From Sedimentisphaerales bacterium (GTDB taxonomy: Bacteria; Planctomycetota; Phycisphaerae; Sedimentisphaerales; SM23-30), in contig CAXXMR010000019.1 in the NCBI GenBank assembly GCA_963663805.2, positions 1 through 64,000 of the forward strand: a stretch of 64,000 bases of DNA. Direction: 5' to 3'. This document shows positions 8,910-18,952 of the stretch, piece after piece. How positions within the stretch are numbered: position 1 is the first letter of the stretch; each line of letters starts with the position of its first letter. A program made the translations under genes and the position numbers. A model generated the notes under the pieces. That model did no database searches, was not told the DNA's origin, and saw only the letters and a program-made list of their open reading frames with translations.

Positions 8910-11135
8910 TTAGGTGGAATGGTTGTTGGTAACAACGTCTCTAAATCCAGACTTGGCATTAACCGAAGTATTGTGCACATATCCCAGTGCGTTAGCTCGA
9001 CAACTGGTGATATGTTCCATACCTGTAATCGCGGCAGCAGGATTGCCGGTAACCAGTACCGCGTTATCGACCGCCTCGAGAATTGCATTAGTGAAAGATA
9101 CTTCCATACTGGAACTGTCGTAGATTACCCAGTCAAACTGGCTGGCCAGGATGTCATTGAGATTTTGCAGAACTTCCGGCGCCGAATCAGTAATCTGGCG
9201 ATTTCCGCAAGTCATAATGGTCAGATTGGGGATGTCTGTTTCCTGTATGGTTTCGGTAAGCAGGTCAATGTCAGCTAATACATCTGTCAGTCCCGGTTCG
9301 GCATAGAGGTCGGCAAAAACGCCTTCAATGGCCGGGTTCTGTATATTAGCGTCAATCAGCAGCACGGAACGACCAGCCTGAGCCAAAGCCAAAGCCAAAT
9401 TACAAGCCACCGTGGTGCTTCCACTTCCTCTGGTTATGCTGGTGATTGACAGAGTTGGCTTGATAACATCGTTACGCGTAAGAAGGTGCATGCTCAGGTC
9501 GCGGAACGCGGCCGCCTGAGCGGAAGCCTGATTGGTATGCACCATGCGACAACGCTGGGCAAAACTCATGTTCTGAGTGTTGGCGGCGTTCAAATCGATA
9601 GCACAAAGTTTACCCTTAGGCATAGCCGCCCAGTCAGAATCATCCTGTTCGGGGGTAAATACCGGATGGTTGGTTTGAGCCTGAGGAGCTGGTTCGGGAT
9701 ATTGTGCGGCCTGAGTTTGTGGGCTTTGCGTGCCGGGCCAGGCGGCATTAACCGGCATGGGCATATACATCATGGGCATGCCCTGCATCATCGGGTTGAC
9801 ATTGTTCGAGGGCATGGCACAACGGTCCACGATAAAGATGAACGCGATACTAAAGACGATACCCAGCAGTAATATTGCCGCGGCCTGTTTGTTGCGGTCC
9901 AGACCTGCCGGGCTATTTGGAGGCAGGGCCACGTCAACAACTTCTACCGGCGGTTCTGCCATATTTTTTTCGAGGCTATACTGACGCAGACGCAAGGTGC
10001 TTTCCTGTTTCATTCTCTGGGCAGCTTCCAGGTTTGCTGTCAGTTGCACATACTCTTCGGAACTCAAACTTTGCTGTACACCAATCACTCTTTGTTCATT
10101 GAGTAAATCGCGCAGGGCATCTTCGTGTTTGATTTTTACGGCATAAACATTTAATGACTGTTCATATTGTTCGCCAAGTGCTTTGCGTTTTTCCTGTTCG
10201 ATACGCATCTCCAGGTCTTCAATTCGATTCCGAATATTTTTCAGTTTCTCATGGCCCGGCAGATAGACGCGAGACATCTGAGTTTCATCCTGTTTGAGCC
10301 GACTTAATTCGTTATTAAGGCTGTTCACTGTGCCGCTGACGCTTCCCACCAGAGCGACACTCTTGTCGGTAGTCAACTGCTGACCATAAACTTCCGTTTC
10401 GCCTTCCAGAGCCAAACGCTGTAACTGAGTTCTGGTAAGCTCACTTTCGATTGCGGCGATGCGTCCTTCGGTGGCACGCACCATGCTGTTGGTACTGGTA
10501 ATAAGATTTTCCTGCCGAATCCGGCGGATTTCTTCGGTGTATTCCGCGATTTCTTTTTCGTAGCCCGCGACCTGGCGATTAATTTGATTAATAGCCCGGT
10601 CTGTGGCGACTTTTTTAGCTTCACTTGTCTGGGAGATAAAGGCCGCGGCAACGTGATTAGCGATAGCGGCAGCCTGAGCCGGGTTGGGTGCTGAACCGGT
10701 AATATCAACCAGGTTTGTACCGGCAATCTGTCGGACATAGAGCTGACTTTTCAAAGCGTTAATGGCTTCGTCGTTATATGCCCATTGGTTACCTGCCAAT
10801 TGCAGTCTTTCGATAGCCTGAGCCAGTACATTACGTGATTCGAGCAGTTCACATTGAGTTTTGATATGCTGACTTCCTCCTCCGCCGCCCAAGGCCATGA
10901 TGCCCGGCACGGAGCTTTGTTCATCGCTGATGCTTAACCGAACCGTAGCTTCGTAGCTGTCCTGCCGTAATGTCGCCGCCGAAAAAGCGATTCCGCAGAC
11001 CAGCAGCAGACAGGCCAGCAACTGCCAGCGTCTGCGAACCAGTACATCAAGCGGACGGAACTGTCGAGACTGATTTTCCATCTCAGGCATGTTGCCCTCC
11101 TCTGCCGCAATCTTGTTGTTTTCCATGGGGTTCAT
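8910..11135 (-). CDS. Wzc/GumC-like polysaccharide co-polymerase with a degenerate tyrosine-kinase domain
   Basis: TM-coiled coil-TM architecture. C-terminal AFRDL, NLALALAQAGRSVLLIDA and FDWVIYDS motifs. Confidence 0.88.
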   Translation of the reverse strand: MNPMENNKIAAEEGNMPEMENQSRQFRPLDVLVRRRWQLLACLLLVCGIAFSAATLRQDSYEATVRLSISDEQSSVPGIMALGGGGGSQHIKTQCELLESRNVLAQAIERLQLAGNQWAYNDEAINALKSQLYVRQIAGTNLVDITGSAPNPAQAAAIANHVAAAFISQTSEAKKVATDRAINQINRQVAGYEKEIAEYTEEIRRIRQENLITSTNSMVRATEGRIAAIESELTRTQLQRLALEGETEVYGQQLTTDKSVALVGSVSGTVNSLNNELSRLKQDETQMSRVYLPGHEKLKNIRNRIEDLEMRIEQEKRKALGEQYEQSLNVYAVKIKHEDALRDLLNEQRVIGVQQSLSSEEYVQLTANLEAAQRMKQESTLRLRQYSLEKNMAEPPVEVVDVALPPNSPAGLDRNKQAAAILLLGIVFSIAFIFIVDRCAMPSNNVNPMMQGMPMMYMPMPVNAAWPGTQSPQTQAAQYPEPAPQAQTNHPVFTPEQDDSDWAAMPKGKLCAIDLNAANTQNMSFAQRCRMVHTNQASAQAAAFRDLSMHLLTRNDVIKPTLSITSITRGSGSTTVACNLALALAQAGRSVLLIDANIQNPAIEGVFADLYAEPGLTDVLADIDLLTETIQETDIPNLTIMTCGNRQITDSAPEVLQNLNDILASQFDWVIYDSSSMEVSFTNAILEAVDNAVLVTGNPAAAITGMEHITSCRANALGYVHNTSVNAKSGFRDVVTNNHST

Positions 11136-11223
11136 GGTCGTAACCTATATAAAGTGTTCTGCTAAATTTTCCCGTCAGCACAATTTCTTACTGTCCGGGC
11201 CCTGCTCTGTTTTATCTCTCTCG

Positions 11224-12405
11224 TTATAAACCGTTACCGGGGAATCCCCATTTTTCACCGGCATCGTAGGTCACATCCACGCCGGTACGTACGCCGCGGA
11301 TTAAGAGCTTATCAAGGTCGTCAAAGAACTTCTTGACCGGATCGACAGGTATGACAATAGTATCGTTGCAGGCCAGGATAATATCTTCCTGGTCCCCGCT
11401 TCTTATGTCCTCCAAATTGACATAGATAACCTTTTCGGCACCTTCCGGGGTACGCCGAATGATTTTACAATCCTTTTGTTTGGCGATTTTGGTAGTACCG
11501 CCGCCGACACTGACTGCCTGTAGCAATCTCATCGGTTTGCGGTTGATTTTAGCGCCGGGATTCTCAAATTCACCCAGCAAATACACAAAACCATCGCTGT
11601 CCGAGGGCACTGATACAATATCACCTGGATATATTATCGGGTTAAGTAGTTCTCCAGCCTCAGCAAAAAGCTGGGATATTGGGACTAATTCCCGATTTTG
11701 TAGCATTTTTTCGCCAGAAAAAGTGACAGAACCGGACGTTTTAGTATTTTTCGCGGTGTCCTGAGTATACGCTCCTCTTAATATTTCGACATTTGGCCCA
11801 GCACCATAGCGGATTCCGCCGGCACGTCCAATCACGTCAAGCAGGCTGGCCTGGTTAGATTCCAATGCCATCGGTCCGGGTCGGGTGACGTTTCCCAGAA
11901 CCAGAATTTGTTTACTGGCATAGCTCTTGACACTTACCGCCACTCTGGGGTCGCGAATGTAATCACGTGCTAACATTGTGGTTAGGTGATTTTTGAGTTC
12001 ATCAGTGGTTTTTCCAACCGCATCAACATGGTTCAACAGCGGCATATAAATCTGGCCACTGGGATCAACCTGAAGATTGAGGACGGTTTCTTTCTCTAAA
12101 TCCGTCAATTGGTAGACGTTTATGGTTAAAACGTCACCTGAACCGATACGGTAGGCACTGGCGGCTTCGGAATCCATGACCAAATCAGGTTCGGATATTT
12201 CTGGCAAATAATAATCCGCCGTGAGGTTATCCGGACCTTGTCGGTATCCTGCCGGCATACCCTCATAGCCGTAAGGCTGCTCTGACTGGGCCGTTTCGTA
12301 TACCGGTTTGGCTTTGCCAGCACATCCCGTACCCGATGCAATCACCAGGCTCAAAACCACTAAAATACTTATAACATCCTTCTTTGTCATAATTTGCGTA
12401 TCCAT
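11224..12405 (-). CDS. Wza-like polysaccharide export lipoprotein (Poly_export + SLBB)
   Basis: Lipobox-like SGTGC; YRIGSGDVLTINVY, VDPSGQIYMPL, VLGNVTRPG. Confidence 0.92.
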   Translation of the reverse strand: MDTQIMTKKDVISILVVLSLVIASGTGCAGKAKPVYETAQSEQPYGYEGMPAGYRQGPDNLTADYYLPEISEPDLVMDSEAASAYRIGSGDVLTINVYQLTDLEKETVLNLQVDPSGQIYMPLLNHVDAVGKTTDELKNHLTTMLARDYIRDPRVAVSVKSYASKQILVLGNVTRPGPMALESNQASLLDVIGRAGGIRYGAGPNVEILRGAYTQDTAKNTKTSGSVTFSGEKMLQNRELVPISQLFAEAGELLNPIIYPGDIVSVPSDSDGFVYLLGEFENPGAKINRKPMRLLQAVSVGGGTTKIAKQKDCKIIRRTPEGAEKVIYVNLEDIRSGDQEDIILACNDTIVIPVDPVKKFFDDLDKLLIRGVRTGVDVTYDAGEKWGFPGNGL

Positions 12406-12744
12406 TTGAATTACGCTGCTCCTAACTAATATACTCTTTTTTTACTTTTCTATTCTTCCCAAATTATCCACATTAACAAAAACTGTCTTTCCTGCCAGTT
12501 TATCGACCCAAAAAGTACCCATCGTGAGGAAAATTCCGTTTGTAGGGGTCAGGGCAATAAAATGTCCTGTTCGACCTTTGTGTCCTTGGGTATTTGTTCA
12601 CGCTTTTACGGCCTTTTCTAATTTTCCAGGTGTAATGTTTGTAACGCCTGTGACTTTTGCATCAATCGGGTTAATTATGGGGCGGGTTGAGGCATAAATG
12701 ATTTATGTTGACCCTAATCGACGATTAGAGATGATGATTAGGGC

Positions 12745-12812
12745 AAAAAAAAATCCACTTTATTATCAGCGACCGATAATTTGAGAACATTCGGTCGCGA
12801 AAAAGTGGATTT
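12745..12812 (-). terminator. Long hairpin plus U-tract on the minus strand, about 340 nt upstream of wza
   Basis: AAATCCACTTT/AAAGTGGATTT and GCGACCGA/TCGGTCGC arms. The A-run at 12745-12753 gives a U-tract on the minus strand. Confidence 0.65.
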
Positions 12813-13399
12813 GCAGAAGTTTTGGTTATAAGGCCACTATGCGAAAGGCCTATTCACGCCAGGCGGCTTTGCGTACCACCGCTGGCGGCAATACAAAGCT
12901 GTCTTTGGCGGTTCGCACCAGACTTATCAGACGATAACGAGCGGGAAACCATTTGACTCTTTCACGTTGCAGGTTCACCGGCCATTTATGCAGGTTTTTC
13001 TTTTCACCCGTCGAGTTCAGGCTGGTATTTTCCTGGTTCTTTTTCATTTTTATGGCTGACATCACCCGTACTCCCGCATCCTTATTATTGTGCTGAAATA
13101 AACATCGCGCCGGTTGGTCAACATACCGTACTATCGGCCCAGCAAACATATCGTCATCGCCTGGCTGCGACTTTGCCGGGGAAGCCAGAAAAACCTTTTT
13201 TATACAGCCATTCTTCTGATATTCGCTGTTTGATATTTATCGTTACGCACCTTGGTCCGATAAAATCGCGATTGCGGCAATTGTCTCTGTACGGTTGGCG
13301 GGCTGCCTGATATAATGCTGGCGATATTACATAGAAGCGGCCTTTGGCAATTCGCAGGGGTTCTGACGTTTTGAGGCCGATAGCTTTGGAGAAAGCTTA

Positions 13400-13492
13400 A
13401 TGTTGGCGGTTTTTTTTGGCTCTAATGAAGTTTTGGTAATTGTAATCGTGGTTGCGGTGCTGGTTTTTCTGGCGGCACGAAAGAATCGCTAA
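13400..13492 (+). CDS. 30-aa small membrane peptide MLAVFFGSNEVLVIVIVVAVLVFLAARKNR (resembles a TatA TM helix)
   Basis: Translated by hand. GGAGA RBS at 13388-13392; extended -10 TGATATAAT at 13308-13316; one TM helix plus a basic tail. Confidence 0.55.
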   Translation: MLAVFFGSNEVLVIVIVVAVLVFLAARKNR

Positions 13493-13554
13493 ACCTATGT
13501 CTCCCATACGAATTACCGCCCTTTCGGCAACAACCCAACTCTAAAACGTTAGCA

Positions 13555-15282
13555 TCATTTGAGATTGTTGGCGGACAAAAAACGGTAAAGCGTGGCCCGG
13601 CCCACTCCCAGTTTTTGGGCGGCTTTCACCTTATTACCTCCGGCTTGTTTTAAGACCTTCGATACCTCTTCAGCAGTTAGTTTGCCGCGCGACTGGCTGG
13701 ACCGATTTTGCTGCGAAGATACCGTTTGTCGAATTTCGGGGGGAAGATTTTCAGTTTCAATCAAATTTCCCTTGCACTTGACGAAAGCGTATTGAATGGC
13801 GTTTTGGAGTTCTCGGACGTTGCCGGGCCAATGATAATCTATCATGTGATGTAAAGCGGCGTCGCTTATATCCTGAATATCGCTTTTCAACTCCTCGCTG
13901 AGTTTTTTTACAAAATGATTTATCAGCAGCGGAATGTCATTGCGTCTTTCCCGCAGGGCCGGCAACTCCAGCGGCACTACGCAAAGCCTGTAAAAAAGGT
14001 CTTCGCGAAACTCGCCCAGACGAACCATCTGACGCAAATTACGATTGGTGGCACTTAATACCCGGACATTAACGCGTACGGTTTTTTCGCTGCCGACCGG
14101 TTCGAAAGTGCTTTCCTGCAAAACCCGCAGGAGCTTTACCTGCATTCTGGGACTGAGTTCCGCCACCTCATCCAGAAAAATAGTTCCCTTGTCGGCCAGT
14201 TCAAAACGTCCCTTTTTATCTCTAACCGCGCCGGTGAAGGCTCCGCGTACATGACCGAACAATTCGCTTTCCAGAATGCCTTCAGGCAAAGCCCCGCAAT
14301 TAACCGTAACAAACGGATGACCGGCCCGTAAACTTTCACCATGAATCGCGTTGGCAACAAGTTCTTTGCCTGTCCCACTTTCACCTAGAATCAGAACGGC
14401 ACAATCGCTCGAACTGAGGTCTTTTATAAGGTCGTAAACATCACGCATTTTGTCATCCCGGCCAATGATGCCGTGAAAACTCTGTTGAGCCCGAAGCTGA
14501 TGACGTAAGGTGGTTACTTCGGTTATGTCCCGAAAATTAGCCAGGACCCCTTGCATATTCTGCTGGTCGTCGTGAATCGCGACAACGTTCATTTCAATAC
14601 GACATTCGTGACCGTCCCGGTTTACAATCTTCAGCGGATATTTAACCTGGTCAAAGCTCGGAACCTGTTGGCAGAAAGAACATTTTGCCCCGCAAAAATT
14701 ATTGGGAAAAACTTCGTGGCAATCGCGACCGACGACTTCCTCACGTTTATATCCGGTGATACGCTCCGCCGCGGAATTAAACCAGGTAATTATCCGCTGA
14801 GTATCATGGGCGATAATGCCGTCGCTGAAATGGTCGAGAAACATTTCGCTATTTCTTTTTAATGTCACGATACCGGAGAGATTGCCGCCCTGTTTTAACT
14901 CATTAATATGATGTCCCAGTTGGGCAGCCAAATCCCGCAGATAAAGCTGCTCTTGCCCGCCATTATTTTCTGGAGGCGTGGGTAAATCCCAGCGAACCAG
15001 CGCCGGCGTGCCCGGCAGCAGCGAGCAATAGGGCACGGCCCCATCGGTCAGGGCGATAACAATATCAATTTCACTCCATTTAACCTGAGCTGGAGAAAGA
15101 ATTATACCGTTTTGCAATGCCTGTTGAGACGAGGCGATTCCATGGTTTTTTTGCGAATCAGGAGAGGAATTTATGACAAGAGCCAAAAATTCTGTATGGT
15201 TCCAGCTCTGCCGCTCTACCGCGGACAAAGCCGCCCGTATCGGCAAATCAGTGTCATGGCTGACAAATAATACACGTATCAT
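13555..15282 (-). CDS. sigma-54-dependent enhancer-binding protein (degenerate LMW-PTP/ArsC-like domain, PAS, AAA+, Fis HTH)
   Basis: GESGTGKE, ESELFGH, GAFTGA, FLDE, WPGNVRELQN, AAQKLGVGRATLYR; PAS motif FNSAAERITGY. Confidence 0.95.
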   Translation of the reverse strand: MIRVLFVSHDTDLPIRAALSAVERQSWNHTEFLALVINSSPDSQKNHGIASSQQALQNGIILSPAQVKWSEIDIVIALTDGAVPYCSLLPGTPALVRWDLPTPPENNGGQEQLYLRDLAAQLGHHINELKQGGNLSGIVTLKRNSEMFLDHFSDGIIAHDTQRIITWFNSAAERITGYKREEVVGRDCHEVFPNNFCGAKCSFCQQVPSFDQVKYPLKIVNRDGHECRIEMNVVAIHDDQQNMQGVLANFRDITEVTTLRHQLRAQQSFHGIIGRDDKMRDVYDLIKDLSSSDCAVLILGESGTGKELVANAIHGESLRAGHPFVTVNCGALPEGILESELFGHVRGAFTGAVRDKKGRFELADKGTIFLDEVAELSPRMQVKLLRVLQESTFEPVGSEKTVRVNVRVLSATNRNLRQMVRLGEFREDLFYRLCVVPLELPALRERRNDIPLLINHFVKKLSEELKSDIQDISDAALHHMIDYHWPGNVRELQNAIQYAFVKCKGNLIETENLPPEIRQTVSSQQNRSSQSRGKLTAEEVSKVLKQAGGNKVKAAQKLGVGRATLYRFLSANNLK

Positions 15283-15568
15283 TATAGATAAAAGCCGGTC
15301 ATATTATATTTTGGCGTTGCTTCAATATCTCAACGCAATAATAACACATATTTATGTCTCGTCAAGACAAACTGTCTCTGCCTGATACACAGTTGGGTTT
15401 GAAAACCGTTGTAAAATCTCCTAAAAACACGATTTGGGTGCTAAAAACGTGAATTTATTTGAAATTTTCCAAAAAAATGTGGATTTTTACGTCAAATCAG
15501 GCATGTTAGCGCTGAAAATAAGGCGTTTTCACGCGTGAACACTTACAAACAATTTAGTTATTTTTCCG

Positions 15569-15597
15569 TTGGCAATCCAACGGGGTTTTGCTATCAT
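15569..15597 (+). promoter_or_regulatory. sigma70-type promoter of tRNA-Ala
   Basis: TTGGCA-N17-TATCAT. Confidence 0.6.
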
Positions 15598-15639
15598 GCT
15601 CCAGTCGACCGACGCTGGCGGCGTTGGTCCACCCAAAGC

Positions 15640-15712
<73 letters not shown>

Positions 15713-15718
15713 TTAAAT

Positions 15719-15758
15719 AAACCCTTTTAAAGCAAGCCTTTATGAGGGTTTTTGTTTG
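15719..15758 (+). terminator. Terminator after tRNA-Ala
   Basis: AAACCCT...AGGGTTT followed by a T-rich tract. Confidence 0.6.
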
Positions 15759-15898
15759 TCAGGAATATGAGGGTTGGGCTAAATATGAGACAATTGATAT
15801 GATTTATAATTCGAGCAGTGAGCTACCAAATAGCACTTTAGAACGTAAAAATCTGCTATTATGACATTTCTCAACCCCCCGCCCACATTACCTTTCAA

Positions 15899-16762
15899 TC
15901 ATATCGCCAGAGAACCCGAAGCAACCGGATGCAAGTTCTTAATTACTCTGCGAGTAGTAGTTTGCGCCAACTTGACCGCCTCGATAACATCCTCCGCCTC
16001 CGCTACGCCAATGCACGGATATTCCTCATCACAAACCTCATTTTTATTGCAAGGACAGCATTCCTTATCCATCCTCAGCAAAACCGCCCGCTGTTCCGGC
16101 TTAATTCGGTATGACGGGTCAATCCCCCCAAAAATCCCCACCACCGGCCGTCCCAACGCCGCGGCGATATGTAATACCGCTGAATCCATACTTACCACCG
16201 CTGCGGCATTAGCCAGAACGCCCATAAGTTCCTGCAAATTCAGCGTTCCCCGCGTATCAACCTTGCAAGGCAACTCTGGTTCTGACGTTGTTCCCACCAG
16301 TACCAGCTTCTCCTGTAGCCCCTCACAGAACTGCCTACCCTGTCTCTCAGGCCACTGCCGCGACGGATGTCCACCCTCCGGGGCAAACATAATCATCCCT
16401 GCCAGATGCTTGTAGCGACTAGACCATTCTTCAGGAATCTTGATTTTCGGGGCCGAAAACGGCGGTTCCAGCCCTATTAACCGTCCTAATTCATCCGTGC
16501 GATGCTCACAAGGGTCTAGTCGGGCCGTCAATATATCCAAATCTATCGCATCGGTACGCGGATGGTTGGACCACCATATACCCGGCCTAAGAACCTCAAA
16601 CGTACCGGCCCATTCCGGCTGTGTAACAACCTCGACCTGGCCAAACTGCTCTGCCAGCCGGTCCAGAACCGGCAGCAGACAAATCACATTACCCAAGCCA
16701 TGAGTACGCTTTACACAAATCCGCCGACTCAATTCACGAGTGATAGCTTCTGAGCTTGTCAT
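15899..16762 (-). CDS. GT9 family (heptosyltransferase-like) glycosyltransferase
   Basis: GLGNVICLLP, SRQWP, SMDSAVLHIAAALGRPVVGIFG, CCPC...C. Likely start MTSSEA. Confidence 0.9.
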   Translation of the reverse strand: MTSSEAITRELSRRICVKRTHGLGNVICLLPVLDRLAEQFGQVEVVTQPEWAGTFEVLRPGIWWSNHPRTDAIDLDILTARLDPCEHRTDELGRLIGLEPPFSAPKIKIPEEWSSRYKHLAGMIMFAPEGGHPSRQWPERQGRQFCEGLQEKLVLVGTTSEPELPCKVDTRGTLNLQELMGVLANAAAVVSMDSAVLHIAAALGRPVVGIFGGIDPSYRIKPEQRAVLLRMDKECCPCNKNEVCDEEYPCIGVAEAEDVIEAVKLAQTTTRRVIKNLHPVASGSLAI

Positions 16763-17034
16763 ATCAATATCAGTCCTGTGGTCATTATTCCTGCCCGCGG
16801 TCCCCCCCACCGCACACTCATTCAATCGGCAAAACTACCAGCCTGCCATCACCATAATCCCACCAACATGGACCGATAACCGGAATAATTCATGCCTCAT
16901 TCCAAACTATGCCGAAAAAAGTAGATAACCGGGCAGGTACACCTCTGCCCCCAATATAAACTAATTATGGTTTTTCGAGGCGTTTTACCGCCTTGAAAAC
17001 CTAGTTGTACAACTAACCGAACAGGAAGAATATC

Positions 17035-18000
17035 ATGCCCCGCAAAAGCGTAATGATTATAAAGCACGGATATTCAGAGACTTGCGACCATCACGTCTCC
17101 CCTATCGTCAGTTTCGGCGATGTCTTCCGTTGCACCTGCCTGCTTGAAGACTATAAAGGATACCACGTAACCTGGATTACCGCACCGGACGCCTTCGACC
17201 TGCTTACCAAAAATCACCTCATTGACCGGCTGATACTCGCTGAAACCCCCGAAGCCCTGCCGGAAAACGTCGGTGATATTCCCTACGACATTGTCATCAA
17301 TCTGGAAAAACAGCGTGACTGGTGTGAATTCGCCACCAGGTTGAATGCCCAACAAAAATACGGCTTCAAAGACTGGTCCGGCACGGGCAATGATTGTTTC
17401 TACCCGGAATCAGCCGCGGCATTAAGTAAGGGGCTGGAACGTGACGGTTTTCACGCCCTCCAGCAGACCCTTTTCGAAACCATAGGCCGACAATGGCACG
17501 GCCAAAGATACGTTCTGGGCTATCAACCACGCGTCCAGGAAATCTACGACATCGGCCTAAATTACCACGTCGGCCCCAAATGGCCCGCCAAGGCCTGGCC
17601 GCTGGAACACTGGAAGCAACTCGACAGGTACCTCGGCGGGTACGCCGTATCGTGGCAGCAGTCGCTCAACAGCGTGCGCCACTACATTGATTGGCTGGCG
17701 GCTTGCCGCATGATTATCACCACTGATTCGCTGGGTCTGCATCTAGCCCTGGGTTTACGTAAAAAAGTCATCGCCCTGTTCGGCCCAACCTCAGCCGAGC
17801 AGGTTTATATGTATAATTGCGGTACCAAAATCACCCCGCTTTGCGACCGACCCTGTATGCCCTGCTTCCAGAAAAAATGTGCCTACGATGAATGTTGCAT
17901 GTCGCATATTTCTGTGGAACAGGTTCTCCAGACAGTCCACGAGCTGATGCCTGCCCGATCGCTCCTGCCGATACCCGACCCGGCAACTTTGAGTGTATAG
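17035..18000 (+). CDS. GT9 family glycosyltransferase
   Basis: GDVFR, KWPAKAWP, TTDSLGLHLALGLRKKVIALFGPT, CMPCFQKKC. Confidence 0.9.
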   Translation: MPRKSVMIIKHGYSETCDHHVSPIVSFGDVFRCTCLLEDYKGYHVTWITAPDAFDLLTKNHLIDRLILAETPEALPENVGDIPYDIVINLEKQRDWCEFATRLNAQQKYGFKDWSGTGNDCFYPESAAALSKGLERDGFHALQQTLFETIGRQWHGQRYVLGYQPRVQEIYDIGLNYHVGPKWPAKAWPLEHWKQLDRYLGGYAVSWQQSLNSVRHYIDWLAACRMIITTDSLGLHLALGLRKKVIALFGPTSAEQVYMYNCGTKITPLCDRPCMPCFQKKCAYDECCMSHISVEQVLQTVHELMPARSLLPIPDPATLSV

Positions 18001-18018
18001 TTAAGAGGAGTTTGGGAC

Positions 18019-18951
18019 ATGACTTCACCCGAAAATCTGCCTGATGTACCCCTGATTAACGAATGCAGTTATGTCGCTGCCTTTCTGACTATGGCCTGTC
18101 CCTATCGTTGCAGTTATTGCATCAATCAGTTTGGCGGCGCCCGGCGACGCGAAGGCATCCTCCGCAAACAGCAATGGCTGGCAGCCCTGAATCGCCTGAC
18201 AAACCTCAACCGCCAGGACAGCCAGATACCTATCACCCTCCAGGGTGGTGAACCGACTATCCATCCTGACTTTTATGATTTGGTCAATGAACTCGACCCG
18301 CGCATACGTCTGGACCTGCTGACCAATCTTAGTTTTGATGTCGAAGAAATGATAGACCGCGTTGACCCGGAACGTCTAAAGCGGGACGCTCCCTACGCTT
18401 CGATTCGTGTAAGCTATCACCCCAGCCAGGTCGAACTCGACGAACTGCTCAAAAAAACTCTGCGACTACAGCGGGCGGGATTTCACATCGGCGTTTGGGG
18501 CGTACTCCATCCTGAGCAGGAACAAATCATTCGCCAGGCCCAGCAAAAAGCTATTGACCTCGGCATCGACTTTCGCACCAAACCTTTCCTGGGTTACTAT
18601 CAAAATCAGCTTTACGGCCAGTACCGCTACGCCCGCGCCTGTTCCATGGAAAAAAGAGAAACCGTCTCCTGCCGCACCAGCGAACTTATCATCGGGCCTA
18701 ACGGTAATGTTTATCGCTGCCATCACGACCTCTACGACAACCGCCCTGCTATCGGCAATTTGCTCGACCGTGATTTCCAGATGAACTATGAGTTTCGTTC
18801 CTGTGATGATTATGGCCACTGCAACCCCTGCGACATAAAAGTCAAAACCAACCGCCTCCAGCAGTTCGGCCATACTGCCGTTACCATCGAGTCCACCGAC
18901 GAATCCAAAGCAACATCCAACCCGCAGAACAAACTGCTTTCCACAAAATAA
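18019..18951 (+). CDS. Radical SAM protein with a SPASM/twitch-like C-terminus
   Basis: CPYRCSYC, GGEPTIHP, LLTN, C...GNVYRC...C...CNPCD. Confidence 0.9.
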   Translation: MTSPENLPDVPLINECSYVAAFLTMACPYRCSYCINQFGGARRREGILRKQQWLAALNRLTNLNRQDSQIPITLQGGEPTIHPDFYDLVNELDPRIRLDLLTNLSFDVEEMIDRVDPERLKRDAPYASIRVSYHPSQVELDELLKKTLRLQRAGFHIGVWGVLHPEQEQIIRQAQQKAIDLGIDFRTKPFLGYYQNQLYGQYRYARACSMEKRETVSCRTSELIIGPNGNVYRCHHDLYDNRPAIGNLLDRDFQMNYEFRSCDDYGHCNPCDIKVKTNRLQQFGHTAVTIESTDESKATSNPQNKLLSTK

Positions 18952-18952
18952 T

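Noticed and set aside
12850..13149. 99-aa minus-strand ORF upstream of wza
   Set aside because: No recognisable motif or clear RBS; left uncalled, though it cannot be excluded.
13162..13176. Plus-strand sigma-54-like TGGCTG-N5-TTGC
   Set aside because: Imperfect -24 box pointing away from the polysaccharide operon; may be chance.
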